Source: an uncultured Gemmatimonadales bacterium (lineage in GTDB: Bacteria; Gemmatimonadota; Gemmatimonadetes; Gemmatimonadales; GWC2-71-9). From it: 64,000 nt of DNA. Shown in pieces: positions 57,171-64,000 of the stretch (positions are counted from its first letter, which is position 1; each line of letters opens with the position of its first letter). Location: positions 256,001 through 320,000 of the forward strand of contig CAWCFX010000003.1 of the NCBI GenBank assembly GCA_963795085.1. Reading direction: 5' to 3'. Below the pieces are notes generated by a model. It ran no database searches. It worked only from the letters and a program-made list of their open reading frames with translations, and had not been told where the DNA came from. A program made the position numbers and the translations under genes.

Positions 57171-57944
57171 CTAGATGGCGACACTGAGCCCATCGTAGGC
57201 GGGCCGGACGCCGGGCGGAAGGCTGGCCGCCAGTTCCGCGTGGCCGGTCTCGTGGGTCAGGTGGGTCAGAAACGTCTTCTCCGCGCCGAGGGCCTGGGCG
57301 GTGGCGACCGCCTCGGGGATGCTCATGTGGGTGGGATGGGAACGCCACCAGAGGGCGTTCAGCACCAGCACCCGGACCCCACGCAGGAGAGCCATCTCGG
57401 CGTCGCCCACCGCCTTGACGTCCGTAAGATAGGCCAGGTCGCCGAACCGGTATCCGTACACCCGCAGGTGACCGTGGCGAAAAGCCAGCGGCAGCACCGG
57501 GATCCCGGCGATCGTCACGGCGGTCCCCGGTTCCAGCGGGTGCAGGGCCAGCTGGGGTTTCGAGGTGCCCGCGTAGACCTGGGCATCGGCGTCGAAAATG
57601 TACCGGAAGGTTCCCTGCAGCCGCTCCAGGGTCTCGGGGGGGCCGTAGACCGGGAGCGCCCGGCGCTGCCGCACCGAGAAGATCCGCAGGTCATCGATGC
57701 CGTGAGTGTGATCGGCGTGTTCGTGCGTGTAGAGCACGGCGTCGGCGCGGTTGACCCCGGCGGCGACCAGCTGGAGCCGAAGCTCGGGCGGGGTGTCAAT
57801 CAGAATCGTGCCCGTATCCGTCTCGACCACCGCGCCGGACCGGCTGCGCCGGTCGCGGGGGTCCGGTGAGCCGCAGACCGCACAGGAACAGCCGACCTGG
57901 GGAATGCCGAAGCTGGTGCCGGTCCCCAGAAAGGTCAGCTTCAC
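57171..57944 (-). CDS. MBL-fold metallo-hydrolase (PhnP/YycJ-like)
   Basis: LGTGTSFGIP.C.C..C, THEHADH, YLTD, THLTH. Confidence 0.92.
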   Translation of the reverse strand: MKLTFLGTGTSFGIPQVGCSCAVCGSPDPRDRRSRSGAVVETDTGTILIDTPPELRLQLVAAGVNRADAVLYTHEHADHTHGIDDLRIFSVRQRRALPVYGPPETLERLQGTFRYIFDADAQVYAGTSKPQLALHPLEPGTAVTIAGIPVLPLAFRHGHLRVYGYRFGDLAYLTDVKAVGDAEMALLRGVRVLVLNALWWRSHPTHMSIPEAVATAQALGAEKTFLTHLTHETGHAELAASLPPGVRPAYDGLSVAI

Positions 57945-57974
57945 GGGGCGGGCAGCCGGCAGGTCGCCCGGCAG

Positions 57975-59438
57975 CTACACATGCTCGACCTTGAGAAGGT
58001 TGGTCGTGCCGGGGACGTCAAAGGGGACCCCGGCGGTTACCACCACGGCCTGGCCCGGCTCCGCCAGCTTGTGCTCCAGGATCCGCTGCCGGGCCACGGT
58101 GAGCATGGAGTCGTAGTTGGGCAGGTGGTCCACGTGGACCGGGATGACGCCCCAGACCAGCGAGAGTTGCCGGAACGTTTCGATCTCCGGTGTCACCGCG
58201 AAGATGGGGACCGGTGGCCGGTACGAGGAGACCTTCCGGGCGGTGAACCCGCTGCTGGTGAAGCAGACGATAAGCGGCGTGGTGAGCAGTTCGGCCGCCA
58301 CGCATACCGCCAGGCCGATGGCGTCCTCGGTGCGAACCGGGGCGGCCCGGGGTGCCGCCACCCGGTCGCCGTCTTCGCCCTTGCGGCGGGAATGGCCGAC
58401 CGCCGCCTCGTAGGAAGGGCTCCGCCCCCGCTGGTTGGCTTCCATTTCTCGGGCGATCCGGTCCATCGCGCGGACCGCTTCGACCGGGAATGACCCCACC
58501 GCGGTCTCCGCCGAGAGCATCACCGCATCGGTCCCGTCCAGAATGGCGTTGGCCACGTCGCTCGCCTCGGCCCGGGTGGGCCGGGGCGCGTGCACCATGG
58601 ACTCCAGCATCTGGGTGGCGGTGATCACCGGCTTGCCCTGGAGATTGGCCTCCCGGATCAGCCGTTTCTGCACCAGCGGCACCTCCTCGAACGGCAGCTC
58701 GACGCCGAGGTCGCCCCGGGCGACCATGATGGCATCGGAGGCTTCGATGATGGTGGACAGGTTGCGGACCGCGGTGTCCTTTTCGATCTTGGCGACCAGC
58801 CGGATCGACTTGGGAACCAGGGCGCGGAGCTCTTCCATGTCCTCGGGACGGCGGACGAACGAGAGGGCGATGAAGTCCACTCCCTGGCGCACCGCCCGCT
58901 GGACATCCTCCCGGTCCCGCTCGGTCAGCGCGGGGGCGCTGACCTCGATGCCTGGCAGGTTCATGCCCTTGTTGCTCTTGAGGTCGCCGCCGTACACCAC
59001 GAGGCCGCGCACCTTGTTGCCGGTCACCCCGGTCACCGTGACCTCGAGCAATCCGTCATCCAGCAGGATGCGGGCGCCGGCGCTCACGTCCTTGGCAAGG
59101 TCTTCGTACGTAGTCGGAATTTCGCGGGGACCCGCGCTGCTTTCGGGGGCGAACACCACTTCGCTGCCGGGATCGAGCCGGAGCGGCGCCGGGAGCGTCC
59201 CCACCCGGATCCGGGGGCCCTGCAGGTCTAGGAGGATCGCCGCCGACGAGCGCCGGGCCTGGAACACGGCCTTGAGATCGGCGATCCAGCTTTCCCGGAT
59301 GGCCGGCGTCCCGTGCGACGCATTGATGCGGACCACGTTGACGCCCGCATCGAGCAGCGAGGTGATTTTCTCCTGTCCCGCCCAGGCGGGGCCCAGGGTG
59401 GCGACGATCTTGGTGCGGCGAGGCGCGGTTCGGTTCAT
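57975..59438 (-). CDS. pyk: Pyruvate kinase
   Basis: RTKIVATLGP, DLQGP, AKIE, MVARGDLGVE, ATQMLESM, GTTN. Confidence 0.97.
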   Translation of the reverse strand: MNRTAPRRTKIVATLGPAWAGQEKITSLLDAGVNVVRINASHGTPAIRESWIADLKAVFQARRSSAAILLDLQGPRIRVGTLPAPLRLDPGSEVVFAPESSAGPREIPTTYEDLAKDVSAGARILLDDGLLEVTVTGVTGNKVRGLVVYGGDLKSNKGMNLPGIEVSAPALTERDREDVQRAVRQGVDFIALSFVRRPEDMEELRALVPKSIRLVAKIEKDTAVRNLSTIIEASDAIMVARGDLGVELPFEEVPLVQKRLIREANLQGKPVITATQMLESMVHAPRPTRAEASDVANAILDGTDAVMLSAETAVGSFPVEAVRAMDRIAREMEANQRGRSPSYEAAVGHSRRKGEDGDRVAAPRAAPVRTEDAIGLAVCVAAELLTTPLIVCFTSSGFTARKVSSYRPPVPIFAVTPEIETFRQLSLVWGVIPVHVDHLPNYDSMLTVARQRILEHKLAEPGQAVVVTAGVPFDVPGTTNLLKVEHV

Positions 59439-59463
59439 TTTCGAAGCATCGGTGAACAATAGA

Positions 59464-61032
59464 TCACGCGGCGAACGGGGAATTATACACCACCTCGCCG
59501 CCGACCACCGTGAGCAGCACGGCGGCCTGCCGAAAACCGGCCCCGCCTTCCCCGGACAGTGCCGCCCCGTCCCACACCACCAGGTCCGCGTCCATCCCGG
59601 GGGCCAGCCGTCCCCGCCGCCCGCCCACCCCCGCCGCGATCGCGGGCCCCGCCGTATAGGCGGCGATGGCGGCCTGAAGCGCGATCCTCTCGCCGGGGTA
59701 CCAGGCCGGCGCACCAGCCTCGGCCCGGCGTTCGGTGGCGGCGAAAACTCCTTCACGAGGGTCCAGGCTGGCGACCGGGGTGTCGCTGCCAAAAGCCAGA
59801 AGCGCGCCTCGTTCCAGCAGCGAGGCAAAGGCGTATGCCCCGGCGCCCCGACCTCCCCAGTGCCTGTCGGCCAGCGGAATATCCGTGAGCAGGTGAGCCG
59901 GCTGCATGGAAAGGACAATGCCGTGGCGGGCGGCCCGATCGAGGTCGGCGGGGTGGACGCACTGGAAATGCTCGATCCGGTGGGGAATCGCAGTCCGGGG
60001 GAGATCCTCCATCAGGTCCAGGGCCCGGCGGACGGCGGCGTCGCCGATGGCGTGGACCACTGACGCGAGTCCGCTCCGGGCGGCCAATGCCGTCGCGGCC
60101 CGGGCGGTCGCCTCCTCGCTGATCGGCATGCCCCGTTCCCGGCTGCCTTCGTAGGGGGCCAGCATCCACGCCGTGCGGCTGCCCAGGCTCCCATCGAGAA
60201 ACATCTTGACCCCGCCGTGGGTCAGCCAGTCCCCGCCCGCGCCGCTCCGGACTTGGTCCCGGACCAGGCGCTCCAGGTCGACGACCGGGTGATGGAACAA
60301 CACCCGCAACCGGAGCCGGTCGGTCTCCACCAGGCGGCTGAAGGCCTCATAGGCCAGGTGGTTCTCCACGTCGTGAATGCCGGTAATACCTAACCGGTGG
60401 GCCTCGGCCTGGCCCTCGAGGAGCGCGGTGACCACCCGGTCCAGCGGGGGATCGGGCAGGAGGTCCCGCACCAGGTCCACAGCCCGCTCCAGAAGCAGCC
60501 CGGTCGGCTGGCCGGCCCCATCACGAACAATCTTCCCGCCAAAGGGATCGGGGGTCCGGGGACCAATGCCCGCCAACCGAAGCGCCGCGGTGTTGACCCA
60601 GGCGGCGTGCACATCAACAGAATGGAGAAAGACCGGGGCTCCCTGGACCCCATCCAGGGCCGCACGCTCGGGCGGCTCCGCCCAGCCGTTCGAATCCCAC
60701 CCCTGGCCGGTAACCCAGCCATCCAGGGGAGCGACCAGGGCCACCCGGGCCAGAGCCTCCGCTCGCGTCGAGGCGCCGGCCAGTTGCACCTGGTGACGGC
60801 CCAGCGCCCACATGGCAAAGTGAGTGTGGCTGTCCACGAACCCCGGGGTCACCAACCCACCGGCAAAGTCGTAATGGGGGGTCCCCACGGGCAGATGTCC
60901 CGCCAGGTCCCTGCTCGACCCAACCTCCACGATCCGGCCGTCCTGCCACCAGAGGCTGTCAACCGGACCCGAACTATCCACTGAGAAGACTCGGCTGGCC
61001 CGGATGAACCCTGTCCTGGGGAAGAATGCCAT
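59464..61032 (-). CDS. Amidohydrolase 3 family (YtcJ-like)
   Basis: PGFVDSHTH, KMFLDGSLGSRTA, HAIGD, RIEH, FGSDTPV. Confidence 0.92.
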   Translation of the reverse strand: MAFFPRTGFIRASRVFSVDSSGPVDSLWWQDGRIVEVGSSRDLAGHLPVGTPHYDFAGGLVTPGFVDSHTHFAMWALGRHQVQLAGASTRAEALARVALVAPLDGWVTGQGWDSNGWAEPPERAALDGVQGAPVFLHSVDVHAAWVNTAALRLAGIGPRTPDPFGGKIVRDGAGQPTGLLLERAVDLVRDLLPDPPLDRVVTALLEGQAEAHRLGITGIHDVENHLAYEAFSRLVETDRLRLRVLFHHPVVDLERLVRDQVRSGAGGDWLTHGGVKMFLDGSLGSRTAWMLAPYEGSRERGMPISEEATARAATALAARSGLASVVHAIGDAAVRRALDLMEDLPRTAIPHRIEHFQCVHPADLDRAARHGIVLSMQPAHLLTDIPLADRHWGGRGAGAYAFASLLERGALLAFGSDTPVASLDPREGVFAATERRAEAGAPAWYPGERIALQAAIAAYTAGPAIAAGVGGRRGRLAPGMDADLVVWDGAALSGEGGAGFRQAAVLLTVVGGEVVYNSPFAA

Positions 61033-61069
61033 GGAGCGAAGATAGCGGGGGAAAGGCACTTCCCAACGG

Positions 61070-61378
61070 TTGTCTACGTTTTCCACATTGTTGAACCCAC
61101 ATGGCTCAACAGCCCCGAAATCCGCTCACCCGGGTTTGCCGGAGTTTCAAACATCCAAGTTGAAAAATCGAGTTGTCAACATGGAAAAGCCGAAACTCCG
61201 TGGAAACCTTGAATTATCATCTTCTCGCACAAGCGTTTATAGGACCGCCTTATTATCCACTTGAGGTGAGATTCGTAAGCCCTTTATTAACATAGATATC
61301 GATGGCACAGTGAATGTGGAAAAGCCCCTGGCGACAGTGTCGTCAGGGGCCGGGCGAATATTCATGATCAGTGAATAA
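61070..61378. other. AT-rich DnaA-box cluster: candidate oriC or DnaA-titration site
   Basis: TTTTCCACA 61079-87 and TGTGGAAAA 61315-23 (both perfect TTWTNCACA); TTATCCACT 61253-61, TTATTAACA 61284-92, AGTGAATAA 61370-78 (1 mismatch each); several 2-mismatch boxes; strongly AT-rich relative to the flanks. Confidence 0.7.
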
Positions 61379-61927
61379 TCAGGAAACGGCGTCTTCGACC
61401 GCGCTCTTTCTCTCCCGCCGGGGGAAGAAGGCAAGCAGGGCATACACCAGGAGCGGCAGGAAGATCAGCGTCTCCGTCACCAGGGTCGGAATCGCCTGGA
61501 CTGTCAGGTAGTGGGCGGCGTTCAGCACGCCCGGGATGGGCCGCCAGAGAAACTCATAACTCTGGGTGGAAAAGGGCCAAAGCAGCATCGGCCCGTTCCC
61601 CAGTTGGCTCATGGTATCCAGGAGGCCATGGCTGGCCAGGGCTAAGGCCACAGTGCCCCCGGACCAGAAGCGTGCCCCTGCCCCGCCTCTCGCAACCAGC
61701 AGGCCTATGATCCCCAGGGTCACCGCGAACAGGATGGAATGGGTGATACCCCGGTGGGCGAGCGGGGTGTTCGGGAGGACCCCGAAGAGGCCGGCCAGGA
61801 GGTCCAGGTCAGGGGCGACCGCCAAGGCGGCAAACCCGATGATTGCGGGCCGGGGGTTCCGGCCCGTCCCACGGCTATACAGGGCGCCGAGGGCGGCCCC
61901 CGCGGCGAGATGTCCGATGCTTGCCAT
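61379..61927 (-). CDS. YdjM-like inner-membrane metal-dependent hydrolase
   Basis: GH, APDLD, HRGITHS, SHGLLD, LLWPF. Confidence 0.9.
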   Translation of the reverse strand: MASIGHLAAGAALGALYSRGTGRNPRPAIIGFAALAVAPDLDLLAGLFGVLPNTPLAHRGITHSILFAVTLGIIGLLVARGGAGARFWSGGTVALALASHGLLDTMSQLGNGPMLLWPFSTQSYEFLWRPIPGVLNAAHYLTVQAIPTLVTETLIFLPLLVYALLAFFPRRERKSAVEDAVS

Positions 61928-62046
61928 GCCCCACCCTTCAGGTGAAACCCCCGGGACACCGAAGTGCCCCGGAGTCATGAATCAACCGGCTTCTGGGAGT
62001 TTAGGCAGGGGGAAGAACTGTGCCAATGGGGCCCGGCCCCCCGGGA

Positions 62047-62892
62047 TCAGCGGGAGAAAGTCAGGGTACCGGTACCACCCCAGGATATCGGCCCCACCAT
62101 CCTGATGGGAGATGCCCGGAGGCTCTTGGCCAGATCGTCGTTCCCGGCGATCTGCAGGGACCCGGCGACATTCTGCCGTTTCTCGGCCCGAAGATCGAGG
62201 CTGCCCCGGATCCTGGCCCCCCGCGAATTGAGGCCGAGCCAGATCTGTCCCACCGCCGGGGCAGCTCCTGCGGAATCTCCCGCCAGGTGCCCGTCCCAGG
62301 TGATGATCGTTTTGCCCATGGCGACCCGGTACCGGTCATCGGAATGCTCGGGGACCTTACCCATGGCCGGCTCAGCGTGCTCTACCCTGATGAGGGAGGT
62401 CTCGGCCAGCCGAATCATCCGCCAGTTGGGGCTGCGGAGGGTCGCCATGTAGTAGGCGGGGGTGGAATCCTCACCGGGGCGGCTCCCCGCGGCACCGATC
62501 AGCCAGACGCCGAGGTACTGGCGTTTGTCCGGTTCCGGGTTGGCATCGCCCAGCACCTGGTCGCCGATCTTGACCTGGTCGGAATAGAAGGAACACCAGA
62601 GGGCCGGCACCCAGGCCTGGAACTCTGGCTCTCCGGCCACCAGGTGGGAGATCGCCGGGGAGAGGCTGGGGAATGCGGCGGCCCTGACGGGCCGGTACTC
62701 GCGCGGCAGTTCCTTGTCGGCGGCCACGGAATCCATCAGGAAATGAACACACCAGGCTGCCCGGATGTTTTGCAGGGTCCATTCCTGCAGCGCCTGGCCG
62801 GACTCCTGGGCTCCCAGCGGCGCGCCCCCCAGGGCCAGCGCGAAGCCCAACAGCAGCGGCCGATACCACCGGTTGGAACGCAACAGAGCCAC
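62047..62892 (-). CDS. Hypothetical secreted protein
   Basis: GAGGAGG RBS before the GTG, signal peptide (LGA|Q). Confidence 0.75.
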   Translation of the reverse strand: MALLRSNRWYRPLLLGFALALGGAPLGAQESGQALQEWTLQNIRAAWCVHFLMDSVAADKELPREYRPVRAAAFPSLSPAISHLVAGEPEFQAWVPALWCSFYSDQVKIGDQVLGDANPEPDKRQYLGVWLIGAAGSRPGEDSTPAYYMATLRSPNWRMIRLAETSLIRVEHAEPAMGKVPEHSDDRYRVAMGKTIITWDGHLAGDSAGAAPAVGQIWLGLNSRGARIRGSLDLRAEKRQNVAGSLQIAGNDDLAKSLRASPIRMVGPISWGGTGTLTFSR

Positions 62893-62961
62893 CCGTCCTC
62901 CTCGGTTGGAGATTGTCAGTGAGTAGTGGGGACGAACGAGCGCCGAAACCCTGTACGGTTC

Positions 62962-63567
62962 CTATCCCTGCCGCGCTTCACGAACAGCGGCGGCCAGCTC
63001 GTCGTAGGCGCGGCGATCCAGGGCGCCGAAGCGGAGGTTGCGCCAGCGAACCCGCCCCTCGCGGTCGATGACGTAAACGCTGCGCCGCATGGTCCCCTCG
63101 GTCCCATTGCTGCCATAGCGTCGGGCCACCGCCTGCGCCGGATCGCTCAGCAGCCGGAAGGGAATGCCCAGACTGGAAGCAAACGCCATGTGCGTCTCAA
63201 GGCTGTCCACGCTGATGCCGACCACCTCGACGTCGGCGCCGAAGAGGCGGGCGAACTGGTCGGTGAAGGTGCGCATCTGGGCGGTGCAGCCGGAGGTAAA
63301 GTCCCGGGGATAAAACGCCAGCACCACCACCTTGCCGCGGAGATGGCCCAGCCGGAAGGGCTCGGCCCGGGGTCCCACGCTGTCCCGGGTGGCCCAGGGC
63401 AGCGTGAACTCAGGTGCCATCTCGCCCGCCTCGGGGCCGGAGATCAGGCTCGCGGTGGGTTCACCCGGGGGGGTGGCCGTCTGGGCGGCAAGGGGCGTGG
63501 ACAGGGCCACCCAGCAGGCGGCCAGGAGCAGGACGCGCATGAATAGACCATCTCTCTCTGAAGTCAT
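62962..63567 (-). CDS. Peroxiredoxin (BCP/PrxQ-like, single active-site Cys) with signal peptide
   Basis: FYPRDFTSGCTAQ, GISVD, LLSD, R.VYVID; the start may be 63540. Confidence 0.88.
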   Translation of the reverse strand: MTSERDGLFMRVLLLAACWVALSTPLAAQTATPPGEPTASLISGPEAGEMAPEFTLPWATRDSVGPRAEPFRLGHLRGKVVVLAFYPRDFTSGCTAQMRTFTDQFARLFGADVEVVGISVDSLETHMAFASSLGIPFRLLSDPAQAVARRYGSNGTEGTMRRSVYVIDREGRVRWRNLRFGALDRRAYDELAAAVREARQG

Positions 63568-64000
63568 GGATTCTGAGTCACCCGCGCCAGGGCGCTTTCG
63601 AAGCGCTGGGAGGTTCCCAGCCCGGTGTAGGCCACCTTGCCCTGGGCGTCGATGATGACGATGTAGGACGTCTGCGCCGCATCGTATCCGCGCACGCTCA
63701 CGCCGTCGGCATCATAGACCACCAGGAACGGCACCGGGTGCTCCGCCAGCCAGGCCCGAACCTCCTCGGGAGTCTGGCCGACGGCGATGTTGACACCGAT
63801 AAAGGCCACCCGGTCACCGTACAGTTGGTGAGCCGCCTCCACCCTGGGCATCAGCGCCTTGCAGACGTCGCACCAGGTCGCCCAGAACTCGATGAAGACC
63901 GGTTTGCGGCCGATGTATTGCCCCAGGTCCACCGGCCGGCCATCCAGGTCGGGGATGGTCACGGCCGGGGCGCTGGCGCCCACCGAGATTCCCTCCACCT
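63564..64000 (-). CDS. TlpA/ResA-like thiol-disulfide oxidoreductase (5' truncated)
   Basis: FWATWCDVCK; runs off the window end. Confidence 0.88.
   Translation of the reverse strand, partial: VEGISVGASAPAVTIPDLDGRPVDLGQYIGRKPVFIEFWATWCDVCKALMPRVEAAHQLYGDRVAFIGVNIAVGQTPEEVRAWLAEHPVPFLVVYDADGVSVRGYDAAQTSYIVIIDAQGKVAYTGLGTSQRFESALARVTQNP

Noticed and set aside
62010..62026. Sigma-54-like TGGCAC-N5-TTCC on the minus strand
   Set aside because: It lacks the near-invariant -12 GC, so it is too weak to call.
63280..63300. Selenocysteine in the peroxiredoxin
   Set aside because: The active-site codon is TGC (Cys), with no in-frame TGA.

Overview
This is a high-GC, gene-dense bacterial chromosomal segment made mostly of core genes. 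Its gene content and order suggest Gemmatimonadota (inference). In order it holds: the 3' end of arfB, GNAT/MFS/ABC-F/ArsC-like genes, a VIT-vWA + ECF sigma + anti-sigma operon, comM, a very large orphan sensor kinase, a TolC-MacA-ATPase operon with four MacB-type permeases, bshB1-iscS-mnmA, ppk1, dnaJ-grpE, cinA-pgsA, mglA-mglB-recR-ybaB-dnaX, an ABC1 kinase, SRP RNA (ffs), a serine hydrolase-VanX fusion, a glycolysis cluster (fba, pgi, pyk) and thioredoxin-fold genes. The most notable non-obvious signals are an SRP RNA whose helix-8 GNRA tetraloop is replaced by a UUGCC pentaloop, an AT-rich DnaA-box cluster (candidate oriC) with no dnaA in the window, an MglBA module with an MglA insertion and a coupled small membrane protein, two paralogous heterodimer-like MacB pairs behind a sigmaW-like promoter, many apparently leaderless genes, a probable CTG start codon, and families of G-rich intergenic tandem or inverted repeats. 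Two genes carry +1 frameshifts that are probably sequencing errors. No CRISPR array, tRNA, rRNA or transposase was seen.
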